64,000 bases of DNA, from contig JAWLHY010000001.1 of assembly GCA_041690135.1 (NCBI GenBank), positions 1,184,001-1,248,000 of the forward strand, read 5' to 3'. A program made the translations under genes and the position numbers. The DNA comes from Armatimonadota bacterium. Lineage in GTDB: Bacteria > Armatimonadota > SYMT01. Of the stretch, positions 17,679-27,800 are shown piece by piece (positions within the stretch are counted from its first letter, which is position 1; every line of letters begins with the position of its first letter). The notes below the pieces were generated by a model. The model worked only from the letters and a program-made list of their open reading frames with translations, ran no database searches and was not told the origin of the DNA.

Positions 17679-18752
17679 CTAGAGGTCGCTGGGCCGCAGG
17701 CGCGCGATCTCCGAACCGTCCGGCCGAATGCGCAGACGTCCGAAGTGCACCATCCGAACCTCGGCGACGGATTTGGCCGGCGTCAGGACGGACAACACGG
17801 CCCTATCGAAGTTAATCCCCTGCAGCAGGCCGATGTCCACCAGGCGTCCATCCGCCCCCACCAGGCCAACGAGCAGGTTCTGGAGGGAAGCGGCCGGGCA
17901 GACGGTGACCCGCCGGCGTCGGAAGATCTCCTGCAGGGCGGCGAGGCCGGCCCGATGCGGGGTGCGGGTTACGCAGAGGTAGATTCCATCCGGTGTGTTC
18001 TCCCCGTGGGGCACTTCCGTCCGCAGGGCCGCCGCGGCAGCCTGGAGGTCGCGCGCCGGCAAGGGAGTTCCGGTATAGAGCCAGGCATCGAAGACCCGCA
18101 CCAGTCCCGCATCCAGGTCGTGGATTCGCGCTCCCGTGAAGTGGCGCCGCATCCGGTTGCCGCGCTGGATGCGGCGATAGACCTGGGATTTGTTCCGAAC
18201 CTCGCGGGCGCTGCGTACCGCGAGCACCGGCGCGGGCGAGGAGATGCGCAGCAGCCCGCCCAGGCGCTCCAGTTCCTGCTCCCGCTGGACCAGGACCACC
18301 AGGTCCGGCTCCAGCGCCGCCAGCTTTGCCAGCTTGAGCTTCTCCGCCATCCTGCCGGCGACCATACCGGAGGTGTCGACGATGACGAGGTCATCTTTCC
18401 GGTCCAGGCAGTGGCGGACCAACTGGCGCGTGCCCTGGACCACGGCGAGCAGGTGCCCCACCGGGGCGGTATCCCCCACGAAGGCCATGGCGCGGGGTTT
18501 CAGCTCATTGAGCGCGGCGACAGGGCTCTCGAGGCGCACGGCTCCCATCGTGCCGGGCGGACCGACTTCTCCCTGCCCCAGGTCCGTATCGAGAATCGCG
18601 GCATGGCGGCCCGCTTCTACGGCGGCGTTGGCCGCCGCGAGGGCGAGTGTGGTTTTGCCGACGTCGGTAGCGCCCACCAGCATGACCACACCTTTCTGGC
18701 GCGCGATCAGATCGACGGCTTCGGTCCAATCGAGTGAAGTGTGCGGTTGCAT
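17679..18752 (-). CDS. Clp1/Grc3-family polynucleotide 5'-kinase
   Basis: Walker A GATDVGKTT, DTDLGQGEVGPPG, IVDTSG, lid RRIQR. Confidence 0.85.
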   Translation of the reverse strand: MQPHTSLDWTEAVDLIARQKGVVMLVGATDVGKTTLALAAANAAVEAGRHAAILDTDLGQGEVGPPGTMGAVRLESPVAALNELKPRAMAFVGDTAPVGHLLAVVQGTRQLVRHCLDRKDDLVIVDTSGMVAGRMAEKLKLAKLAALEPDLVVLVQREQELERLGGLLRISSPAPVLAVRSAREVRNKSQVYRRIQRGNRMRRHFTGARIHDLDAGLVRVFDAWLYTGTPLPARDLQAAAAALRTEVPHGENTPDGIYLCVTRTPHRAGLAALQEIFRRRRVTVCPAASLQNLLVGLVGADGRLVDIGLLQGINFDRAVLSVLTPAKSVAEVRMVHFGRLRIRPDGSEIARLRPSDL

Positions 18753-18800
18753 CGGAGCGATGAGAAAGGCGGGTGCCGGAGGGGTCTGGCGGAGAGCGGT

Positions 18801-19772
18801 TTAGAACAAGGAAAGTTGTCCGGCCGGCGCCCGGAGGGGTTCGGCCCACAGCCCCTGCTTGCGCAAGTCGCCCGCGAATTCCTCGGCGAACCCGTGGTGG
18901 GTATAGACGGTGGAAGCGCCGGTGCGGCGGACGTACTCCAGCAGGTCATCGTAGTCGGCGTGATCCGAGAGCGGGAAAGCGGCATCCGTCCCGAACCGCC
19001 AGCGTGCGCCGGAATCTAATGCCCAGCCCGAGATGTAAGCGGTGCGGGTTTTCCCCAGGTTCTGGAACCACTGGGCCTTGCGGCACTGCGAACTGCACAG
19101 GAGCACCCCGTCGAGGCGCTGCCCCGGTTGGAACTTCTGATACGGCGGGAACTTCACTCCGAAGTTGCGGTATAGGTCGGACATGTCCCAGTGCGCCGAG
19201 TGAAGGTAGATCGGGAACTCTTCCCCCTGCAGGCACGCCAGTACTTCCTGCCCCTTGCCAAGACTGTAGCAGAAGAGGACCGGCGCCCGTCCTTCCTCCA
19301 GCGCCTGCCGGCAGAAACCGCGGATCGCCTCCACCACCTCCGCGGTTTCCGGGAAGCGATACCGGGGCCGGCCAAAGGTGGTCTCCATTATCACCACGTC
19401 CGCGGCGGGGACCTCTGTCGGTTCCACACTGAGCCCGGCTCGAAGCTTGAAATCGCCCGAGTAGAGCAGCCGTACCCCCGCCCACTCCACCAGGGCCTGC
19501 GCCGAACCCAGCACGTGGCCTGCGGGGAACAGCGTCACTCGCGCCTCGCCGAGTTCTTCGGTCTTTCCATACGGGAGCGCCCGGAACCGGCAGCGGGTGA
19601 TGCCCCGCAGCCGCATCATGGCCGCGGTAGGCACTGTAGACAGCACATGCTCGTGGCGCTGGATGTGGTCCGCATGGGCATGAGAGACCACGGCGAGGGG
19701 CCGCGGCGAGTGAGCGTCCAACCAGAGACCCGGTCCGGGTAGATGGATTCCGCGGTCGAAGAGAACTTGCAT
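18801..19772 (-). CDS. MBL-fold beta-CASP nuclease (ligase-associated/SNM1-like exonuclease)
   Basis: SHAHADH, AGHVLGSA, YSGDF, ETTFG, YSLGKGQE, LSDHAD. SD GAGGAG before ATG at 19772. C-terminus QLSLF. Confidence 0.88.
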   Translation of the reverse strand: MQVLFDRGIHLPGPGLWLDAHSPRPLAVVSHAHADHIQRHEHVLSTVPTAAMMRLRGITRCRFRALPYGKTEELGEARVTLFPAGHVLGSAQALVEWAGVRLLYSGDFKLRAGLSVEPTEVPAADVVIMETTFGRPRYRFPETAEVVEAIRGFCRQALEEGRAPVLFCYSLGKGQEVLACLQGEEFPIYLHSAHWDMSDLYRNFGVKFPPYQKFQPGQRLDGVLLCSSQCRKAQWFQNLGKTRTAYISGWALDSGARWRFGTDAAFPLSDHADYDDLLEYVRRTGASTVYTHHGFAEEFAGDLRKQGLWAEPLRAPAGQLSLF

Positions 19773-19820
19773 TTGATACTCCTCGACCATCCTACCCGCA
19801 GTCGCCGGGGCTGTCCAGAT

Positions 19821-19988
19821 GGGCCTTGGGCCTTGGGAAGAGGGCCTTGGGAAGAGGGCATGAAGGTTGGGGTCTGAATGCGATCCATCACCCACCGCCT
19901 GAACGTTTACGCCCCCATAGGGGGGCCCAACGCCCAACGCCTGAACGTTTACCCCCCACAGGGGGGCCTGAACGCCCAACGCCCCATA
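19821..19988. repeat. Intergenic short tandem repeats
   Basis: GGGCCTTGGGAAGA x2 plus a partial copy. Two imperfect ~41-42-bp units CGCCTGAACGTTTAC-CCCCCAnAGGGGGG-CC..AACGCCCAA, each with a CCCCC/GGGGG mini-hairpin. Confidence 0.75.
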
Positions 19989-19990
19989 CG

Positions 19991-20686
19991 TTACTGCGCC
20001 TGCCCCGGAGTCACGGATACGATGACTTTCTGGAACGCGGGCTTGAGAGTGGTCCAGTCTTCTTCCAGGCAGTAGGTCACCACGCGAACCCGGCGTTCGC
20101 CGCCCAGCAGCGTGGCGCGCATGCCTTTGATCTTGCCGCCGAACATCCCCCCATCCGCTGTGAATTCGGAGAACCGGGCGTCGCCGGCGGCGCTCTGGAA
20201 GGATTGCATCTGGCCGTCGGCATACTCGCGGTAGCCGTTGAGCTCCATGATGCTCTCCACTTCTTCCGCGTCGGCCATGTGGACTTTCTCCACCGGCGGC
20301 CGGTTCAGCTCTTTGGCCGCGGCGCCCATATCGGGACCGCCCGGCACTGAGAGGCCGCCCATATCGATGGGTGACTTGGAAATGTCTCCCATCAGTGACC
20401 CTTCCAGGTCGGAGCTCACGCGGATCTTCGCGCCTCCCTGCGTAAAAGTAGCGGCGGCGCGGACGCCACCTAAAGCCCCACCGTCCACCTGCCAGCCTTC
20501 CGGTTGCAGGCACTTGAACGATTGGTCTTTGGCCGTATAGCTCTTGAACTGCGCAGGGGCCTTCGTCACCCGTTCGGGTCGCGCGGCCATCACCACATAC
20601 GCGCCGCCCCCGAACACGACGACCAGACAGAGCAGCGTCAGCCCCATGGCCAGCGGCCAGGGATTACCGGATCTGGGTTCACCCAT
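19991..20686 (-). CDS. Hypothetical membrane-anchored protein
   Basis: N-terminal TM helix, GC3-rich coding pattern, SD AGAGG. Confidence 0.75.
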   Translation of the reverse strand: MGEPRSGNPWPLAMGLTLLCLVVVFGGGAYVVMAARPERVTKAPAQFKSYTAKDQSFKCLQPEGWQVDGGALGGVRAAATFTQGGAKIRVSSDLEGSLMGDISKSPIDMGGLSVPGGPDMGAAAKELNRPPVEKVHMADAEEVESIMELNGYREYADGQMQSFQSAAGDARFSEFTADGGMFGGKIKGMRATLLGGERRVRVVTYCLEEDWTTLKPAFQKVIVSVTPGQAQ

Positions 20687-20706
20687 CTAAAACACCTCTT
20701 ACTTTT

Positions 20707-21402
20707 TCAATTCCGTTCGTGCCAGGCATCCTTGACGCGCCGGACGTACTCGGCCAGGCTGGCAGTGGGGTCGTCTTCGAGGATGTACGGCACTCCGATC
20801 ACGAAGATGTCGGCGCCGCGGCGGGCCGCGCTGATACCGTCCGCTACACTGAACGTGCCGACGCCGATGGGGATGCGCATCCGGCCGGCGATTTCATCAA
20901 TGAATAGGGTGGGGTCGCGGTCGGGGATTTCCGCGCGCTGATCGGCTCCGTAGTGGATGTAGGCTGAGTCCACGCCCATCGCCTCGACCTCTCGGGCGCG
21001 GCGCGCCCCTTCAGGGTGGGCGTAAAGGTCGCAGAGGATGCGTACGCCACAATCGCGGCCGGCCTGGATCGCCGTGCGCAGGCTGGCGTCCGAGGCCACC
21101 CCGCAGATCGTGGCGATCCGACCGCCCTGCTCCGCCGTTGCGATGACATACTTCCGGACACCATCCATCATCTTGAAATCGGCGAGGACCGGATGATCCG
21201 GAAACTCCCGTGCCAGTGCCCCAATTACGGGCACTCCCTGGAACGTGAGTAAGGGTGTGCCCACTTCCAACCAATCGACCCCGGCCTTCGCGGCGGCTTC
21301 AGCCACCTTCAATGCGCGGTCGGTCGTCAGGACATCGATGGCGACCTGAACGACGGGCGGCTTGATTTCCAGTGGCGTAACGTGCGGTGCCTCCCCTGGC
21401 AT
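20707..21402 (-). CDS. 3-hexulose-6-phosphate synthase / KGPDC (OMPDC-HUMPS) family protein
   Basis: VQVAID, WLEVGTPL, VLADFKMMDG, GADIFVIG. Confidence 0.82.
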   Translation of the reverse strand: MPGEAPHVTPLEIKPPVVQVAIDVLTTDRALKVAEAAAKAGVDWLEVGTPLLTFQGVPVIGALAREFPDHPVLADFKMMDGVRKYVIATAEQGGRIATICGVASDASLRTAIQAGRDCGVRILCDLYAHPEGARRAREVEAMGVDSAYIHYGADQRAEIPDRDPTLFIDEIAGRMRIPIGVGTFSVADGISAARRGADIFVIGVPYILEDDPTASLAEYVRRVKDAWHERN

Positions 21403-21623
21403 GGCGACCCTCGGGTTTCGATGCGGAGATTGTGCGATAGGTTCTGGTGAAAGTTCACTGCCGGGCAGGGGTTTGCCTTCTTTGACAATGAAATGGGGCG
21501 AGGCTGGGCGGCGTATTAGAATTGGTTAAGCTTTCGCCCCAAGGGAGGGAAGGTCCAGGGTGTAGGCCGTATTCCTACCTAGAAGGTCCTGTTCCCGTAC
21601 GATGCTTTGCCGAGGAGGAACCC

Positions 21624-22223
21624 ATGTCTGAGAGCTCCGGTCCCACCTGTTCGATCGCTCGCGACAGCGGCGGCAGTGTGATGACGCGTCTCAACGGCAT
21701 CTGGCACAAGCCGGCGCTGCAATTCTTTACCGTCATCGTCCTCGCCCACTGGGCGGAGCATCTCGCCCAGGCGTTCCAGATTTACGCGCTGCGCTGGCCG
21801 ATACCCGATTCGCGGGGAGTTCTGGGGCTCTGGTACCCCTGGCTGGTGAAGTCCGAATTGCTCCACTATGCCTACGCTATCGTGATGCTCGTGGGAATCT
21901 GGATGCTGCGACCGGGCTTCGGGGGAACCTCGGCCAAGTGGTGGACCGCCGCGCTGGCGATCCAGTTCTGGCATCATATCGAGCATGCGCTGTTGCAGGG
22001 GCAGGCGATCGTGGGTCAGAACCTCTTTGGTTCGCCGGTGCCGATGAGTATCGCCCAGCTCTGGGTGCCGCGCGTGGAGCTCCACCTGCTCTATAACACC
22101 ATCGTCTTCATTCCGATGGTGGTTGGGATGTACTACCACATGTTTCCGCCGACCGGGGAAGAGGCGCACACGAGCTGCACCTGCGCGTGTGTGGTTCGGC
22201 GACGCACCGCGGAGGCAACGTAA
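21624..22223 (+). CDS. His/Glu-rich integral membrane protein (duplicated HxxEH...E(x)LH motif)
   Basis: HWAEH/ELLH and HHIEH/VELH in about four TM helices. SD GAGGAGG before ATG at 21624. Confidence 0.8.
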   Translation: MSESSGPTCSIARDSGGSVMTRLNGIWHKPALQFFTVIVLAHWAEHLAQAFQIYALRWPIPDSRGVLGLWYPWLVKSELLHYAYAIVMLVGIWMLRPGFGGTSAKWWTAALAIQFWHHIEHALLQGQAIVGQNLFGSPVPMSIAQLWVPRVELHLLYNTIVFIPMVVGMYYHMFPPTGEEAHTSCTCACVVRRRTAEAT

Positions 22224-22226
22224 CAC

Positions 22227-22625
22227 GTGCTCCGTCGTTTCAGGCCGGCACTCTTGGCCGGCGCCTTCTTGCTGGCACTGGGGGTGGGTGGCTGTGGCCG
22301 TCCCACCCCCAACGAGGCTCCGGTGCAGGTGGAGCTCGCAGTGGAGCCGCAACCGCCAGCCCAGGGACCCGCGAAGGTGACGGTCACCCTGGCGGATGGC
22401 GAGGGCGCCCCGGTCACGGGAGCCGAAGTCAAGCTGGAAGGGAACATGTCCCACCCTGGCATGGTACCGGTGTTCGCCGATGCCCGTGAATTGGAGCCGG
22501 GCCGCTACCAGGCCGACCTGGAGTTCACCATGGGCGGGGATTGGTACATCATCGTCACGGCAAAGTTGCCGGATCAGCGGCGGATCGAACGCCAATTCCC
22601 TGTTCCGGGAGTCCGCCCGCGATGA
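22227..22625 (+). CDS. YtkA/FixH-family lipoprotein (putative Cu chaperone)
   Basis: Lipobox VGGC, PVTGAEV, MSHPGM, PGRY, TMGGDW. Confidence 0.82.
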   Translation: MLRRFRPALLAGAFLLALGVGGCGRPTPNEAPVQVELAVEPQPPAQGPAKVTVTLADGEGAPVTGAEVKLEGNMSHPGMVPVFADARELEPGRYQADLEFTMGGDWYIIVTAKLPDQRRIERQFPVPGVRPR

Positions 22626-24124
22626 GCGGAACTTCTGTCCGGCGTCCTTGCCTGGCCGAACCGGACGAAAGGACATCCACCGCCTCCGGATTCGACCTGC
22701 TTCAGGTGCCGTGGGTCAGTCGCTTTCTCCAGTGGCGTCATGCACGCGCCGCGCTCCAATGGCCGCTGCTGGGGGTGGCACTGGTGATGGTGCTCCATGG
22801 CCTATTCGGGCCGACCCTGGCGCCGAAGAACCTGTCCACGCTCCTGGCCTGGGTGCATTACCGGGGCTTTTTGATGGTCGCGTTGATGGCGGCCGGTAAT
22901 CTCTTCTGCTTCGGCTGTCCTTTTGTTCTGGTCCGCGATCTCGGCCGGCGAGTGTTCCGGCCGTCGCGAAACTGGCCACGGCGCCTTCGGAACAAGTGGC
23001 TGGCGGTGGGACTGCTGGTCGCGGTTTTCTTCGTGTATGAAGCGTTCGATCTGTGGGGCTCGCCCTACTGGACCGCCGTCCTGATCCTCGCCTATTTCGC
23101 CGGGGCGTTGGTGATCGACGGCGTATTCAAGCACGCCTCGTTCTGCAAGTTTGTCTGCCCGATCGGTCAGTTCAGCTTCGCCGCGTCGACCCTATCGCCC
23201 TTGGAGGTGCAGGTGCGCAACCCGCGGGTGTGCGAAGCGTGTGCCACCAAAGATTGCATCCGCGGTCGACCGGATCCGGATAACCCCTTTCGCATCCTCC
23301 AGCGCGGGTGTGAGCTCGCCCTCTTCCAGCCGCGGAAGACTGGGAACATGGACTGCACGTTCTGCCTGGACTGCGTGCACGCGTGCCCACACGACAACGT
23401 GGGCGTGATGAGCCGTGTCCCAGGCAGCGAGCTCTGGATCGATCCGCTCCGGTCGGGAATCGGACGGTTCTCGCAGCGCAAGGACCTGTCCGTGCTGATG
23501 GTAGTGTTCGTTTTCGGCGCCCTGCTCAATGCGTTCGGAATGGTGAGCCCCGTCTATGCCGTGCAGGCCTACCTGGCACGCGTGCTCCACCTCACCAGCG
23601 AGGCTGCGGTCCTGGGAGTGTTGTTTGCGCTGGTGCTGGTTCTGGAGCCGGTCCTGTTGCTCGGCTTGGCTGCGTGGGCGACCCGACGCTGGGCGGGAGA
23701 GCGGGCGCCGGGCGGCGGCGAGGGCCTGCTCCAGCTTGCCGCGCGGTACTCCTACGGGTTGGTGCCGCTCGGCTGTGGCGTGTGGCTGGCGCATTACGGC
23801 TTCCACCTGCTCACCGGGTTGTGGACCTTCGTACCCGTGGCGCAGCATGCACTGGTGCAGATGGGCATACCCTGGCTCGGCGAGCCCCAGTGGGGTATGG
23901 GCGGGCTCCCGGCTTCGCGGGTCTACCCGTTGGAAATCGGGATTCTTACCCTGGGCTTTCTGGGTACGCTCCTGGTGACCTATCGCATTGCGGAAAGCGA
24001 CCGGCCCAGGCGAGCCCCTGCGGCGTTCTTTCCCTGGGCGCTTCTTGCCGGCCTTCTGTTCGCCTCCGCCATCTGGCTGCTCTCGCAGCCGATGGAGATG
24101 CGGGGCACGTTCCTGGGAGGCTAG
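22622..24124 (+). CDS. 4Fe-4S-binding polytopic membrane protein (FesM/NapH/FixG-like)
   Basis: CFGCP and CKFVCP membrane motifs, CEACATKDC, CTFCLDCVHACP. ATGA overlap with the upstream gene. Confidence 0.85.
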   Translation: MSGTSVRRPCLAEPDERTSTASGFDLLQVPWVSRFLQWRHARAALQWPLLGVALVMVLHGLFGPTLAPKNLSTLLAWVHYRGFLMVALMAAGNLFCFGCPFVLVRDLGRRVFRPSRNWPRRLRNKWLAVGLLVAVFFVYEAFDLWGSPYWTAVLILAYFAGALVIDGVFKHASFCKFVCPIGQFSFAASTLSPLEVQVRNPRVCEACATKDCIRGRPDPDNPFRILQRGCELALFQPRKTGNMDCTFCLDCVHACPHDNVGVMSRVPGSELWIDPLRSGIGRFSQRKDLSVLMVVFVFGALLNAFGMVSPVYAVQAYLARVLHLTSEAAVLGVLFALVLVLEPVLLLGLAAWATRRWAGERAPGGGEGLLQLAARYSYGLVPLGCGVWLAHYGFHLLTGLWTFVPVAQHALVQMGIPWLGEPQWGMGGLPASRVYPLEIGILTLGFLGTLLVTYRIAESDRPRRAPAAFFPWALLAGLLFASAIWLLSQPMEMRGTFLGG

Positions 24125-24126
24125 GG

Positions 24127-24669
24127 ATGCGGTCTTTGCCTCGGATGTGGACGCAGGGGACAGTGAAGTGGACGCTGACCTTGATGGTGGTGCTGGGGTC
24201 GGGAGGACTTCGCCCGGCCGTCGCCCACGAGGGTCCTCCCTACCCCATCCTGGTCGATCGCCGGGCGGGCCCTTATACCCTCTCGGTTTGGGCGGACCCC
24301 GATGTGGGAATCGGCACCTTCTACATCACCCCCGAGAGCGCCGTCCCCGCCGATCTGGCGGTGGAACTGTGGGTGCAGCCCGCAGATCGGAGAATCCCCG
24401 AAGTCCGCTTCCCCGCCGTCCGTCGGGAGGGTCGTGGCCCGCTCCTATACGTGGCCGAAGCCCGGTTCGCTACAGAGGAGCGGTGGCGGACCCGAGTCGT
24501 GCTGCGAAGTTCGGAAGGCACGGGGGAGATCGAGACGGAAGTGGAGGTGACTCCGCCCGGGCTCGGACCGTTTGATCTGCTCCTCTATGCCGCACCATTC
24601 GCGGCGATCGCCTTCCTGTGGATCAAGGCGGTCATGAACCGGCGCAGTCGGCAGAGTGCCTTACCTTAG
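24127..24669 (+). CDS. Exported protein with predicted mature N-terminal His and C-terminal TM anchor
   Basis: Signal peptide ...AVA|HEGPPYP, WADPDVG, C-terminal hydrophobic helix. Starts 2 nt after the upstream stop. Confidence 0.75.
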   Translation: MRSLPRMWTQGTVKWTLTLMVVLGSGGLRPAVAHEGPPYPILVDRRAGPYTLSVWADPDVGIGTFYITPESAVPADLAVELWVQPADRRIPEVRFPAVRREGRGPLLYVAEARFATEERWRTRVVLRSSEGTGEIETEVEVTPPGLGPFDLLLYAAPFAAIAFLWIKAVMNRRSRQSALP

Positions 24670-24822
24670 AAGAGATTAATCTTCCGCCGATCGACCGCCG
24701 GATGGATTAGCATGGTCGCAAGCTCCACCTCGGAAAAGGCTGTGGGGCGAGGGTGGGAATGGGGCCTCGCGGGCGGACGTGCCCGGCACATCGGGCTATG
24801 GGCAGGGTCATGGTGGACAGCT

Positions 24823-27800
24823 ATGCGCGGAAGGATTGATGCTTGCGGGCGGTGGAAGGCGAACGCGGCGGTCGGCACCATCCCCCTATTGGGCTGTTTG
24901 CTGCTGGCTGGCTGCCCCTCCGCAGAGCAGACAGCCCAAAAGCGGATCGCGCGGGACCCCCAACTGTATGCGCAGGTCGTCACGGCGTTCCACACGGGTG
25001 TGGTGGCTATGCAGGCGAACGATCAGGAGCGTGCAGCGGCCCAGTTGACGCGCGCGACCGAGCTAGCGCCCCACGAAGCGGCGGCTTGGGCCAATCTCGG
25101 TCTGCAGCGGCTGCGAGCGCAGAAGTTCGCACCTGCCGCCGAAGCCCTGGAACGCGCCCGACGGCTGGCGCCGCGTAATGGCGACATCCTGGTCTACTCC
25201 GCGCTTCTCGCCAGGACCCAGGGGAATCCCGAAGAGGCGGCCCGGTACTTGAAGGAAGCCATTGCCGCGGACCCGAGCAATGCGGAAGCCCACGCCCGGC
25301 TGATCGAGCAACTGGAAATGCTATCGGCCCCTGGGAGTGAAGAGGAGATCGCGCGTCACTACGAGCGGATTCTGGAGATCGATCCCGGTAATCTGGTGGC
25401 GCAGCTCGGCCTGGCGCGGCTGGCAGCCAGATCCGGTGATCGGGAAGCGCTGCTGAAGCGCCTGGAAGGCCTGGAAACATCCGCGTCATCGTGGCCCGCG
25501 GAGGCCCAGCAGCGGTTGCAGGCCATCCGCGCGAAGGCGGCCGCGAGTAACCCGCGGTCGGTCGGCACGGACATTCAGATCCTGACCAACGTTCTCAAGG
25601 GCACCGCCCCTTACCGGGAAAGCCAGCGGCTGTTGGGGCAGGGCACCGGCACGCAGGTGGGGACGCCGCTCCAGCGGTTCCTGGTTCTTCCGCAGCCTCC
25701 GGCCACCCCGGCTCCCGCCGACGACAGCCTGGCCTTTAAAGAAGAGTCCCTCACCCCGGAAAACGCTCCCTGGGCCACGGTGTTTCGCCTCCAGCCGACG
25801 GCGCCTCCCGGTGCAACGGGCGAACCGGTTCCCCAGTCAGCTGCGGGCTCGGACGCACCGCCGACGTTGGTTTTCCCCGCCTCCGGCAGCCTGGCTTTGG
25901 GTGCCGGTACGGGCAGGAAGGTCCCTTTTCCCGGGGTCCCCACTTCACCGGACACCGTTCAGCCCATCGATTGGAACGATGACTGGCGGCCCGACTTGCT
26001 CCTGGCCGGGAACGGGGGCGTGCGGCTCCTCCACCAGAATGCACCGGGAGAGTGGATCGACATCACGGCTCAGTCCGGTGTTCCCCTGGGGGTGACGGGC
26101 GCGAGCTATTCCGGTGCATGGGTCGCCGACTTCGACCTCGACGGGGACCTGGATGGGGTGCTCGGCACCGCGGACCGGGAACCAGTGGTCCTCCGCAATA
26201 ATGGAGACGACTCGTGGTCGGTGGCGCGTCCTTTCGGCGGCGTGCGGGGCCTACGAGATTGGGTCTGGGGCGACCTGGATGGCGACGGAGACCCGGATGC
26301 GGCGCTCATCGATGGCCGGAGGCAACTGGTGGTGCTGGTGAATGAGCGCGGCGGGCACTTCCGGACGGCGTCACTGGGGGAAGCCGGCGGCGGCGCCCTG
26401 GCCCTGGCTCTAGCCGATGCCGATCACCAGGGGACCCTTGATGTACTGGTTCTCCGCGGCAGCGGGACCATCGAAGCGGTTTCCAGCCAGGACGACTCCA
26501 CCTGGCGCGCCTCCGAGCTGGTCCGCTGGTCCGGTGCACCGGCACAGGGGCCCGCCCGGGTACTCTGGGAAGACCTGGACAACAACGGCGGCGCCGACCT
26601 GGTGGCATCGGGGCCGGACGGCACGCAGATCTGGCTTCAGGACGCCGGTCGCAAACTCCAACCGTTGGCCGAACAGTTGAATGCCCAGGTATACGCCATC
26701 CACGACATGAATGATGATGGGCGTCTCGACCTGGTGGGCATTTCCAACAACCGTCCCGTCCGCCTGCTGAATCAGGGTACGAAGGACTACCACTGGCAGG
26801 TGCTCCGGCCCCGGAACCAGTTCGTGCGCGAAGGTGACAGTAAGATCAACTCCTTCGGCATTGGGGGTGAGGCGGAGATCCGTGCCGGGCTCCTCGTCCA
26901 GAAGATGCCCATCGATAGCCCACGCGTCCACTTTGGTCTCGGGACCTCTGTCCGGGCCGATGTCGCGAGGATCACCTGGCCGAACGGACAGGTGCAGGGG
27001 GAGTTCGACCTGGTGGCCGACGGCGCGCCTCTGGCGGTCCAGCGGCTGACCGGCTCGTGCCCGTGGCTGTTCGCGCACGACGGGAAATCGGTGAAGTTTG
27101 TAACCGATGTGCTCTGGAAGTCTCCTCTCGGCCTCCGGATCAACGCACAGGATACCGCCGGTGTATCCCAGACGCGTGATTGGGTGAAAGTGCGAGGCGA
27201 CCAGCTAGCGCCGGTGGAAGGTTATTACGATCTGCGGGTCACGGCAGAACTGTGGGAGACCGACTTCTTCGATTACACGTCGCTGCTGGTAGTGGACCAC
27301 CCGGCGGAGACGGAGGTTTTCGTCGATGAGCGTTTCTCGATCCCGCAGCCCCCGCTTGAGGTCCTGGTCGCCGAACCGCCCGTGCCCGTCAGCCGGGCCC
27401 GAGACGAGCAGGGCCGGGACGTTACCGCCATGGTGACTCGCCTCGATGGCCAGTACCTCGACACTTTCCCGCTGGGCCAGTATCAGGGTGTCGCGCAGGA
27501 CCACTATGTCGAGGTGGAACTGCCTCGGGAAAGGGTGGGCCAGGACGGGCGCTCCCCATGGCTGCTCGGCCAGGGGTGGGTTTTCCCCACCGATAGTTCG
27601 ATCAACGTGGCGATCAGCCAGGGTCGCCACCCGCGCCCGGAAGGGTTGAGCCTGGAGGCCCCCGACGGTCGCGGGGGCTGGAAGACGGTGCGAACAGGTC
27701 TTGGCTTTCCGGCTGGGAAGTACAAAACCGTGCGGATCGATCTAGCCGGCGTTTTTCCTCCGGGCTATAAGGGTCCCCACCGCCTCCGGCTGCGCACCAA

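Noticed and set aside
17367-18737. Long antisense ORFs (this one, and e.g. 39024-40160, 47798-48979, 62303-63766)
   Set aside because: Shadow frames of real genes, expected in high-GC DNA, with no recognisable motifs.
19821-19988. Possible CRISPR array
   Set aside because: Only two imperfect units, no unique spacers and no cas genes in the window.
20707-21402. RuMP formaldehyde-fixation pathway
   Set aside because: No phosphohexuloisomerase gene is adjacent, and HPS cannot be told from KGPDC-like paralogues by eye.
21482-21522. Sigma70 promoter TTGACA...TAGAAT upstream of the metal/UnbV operon
   Set aside because: The hexamers are 29 nt apart, far from the 16-18-nt spacing required.
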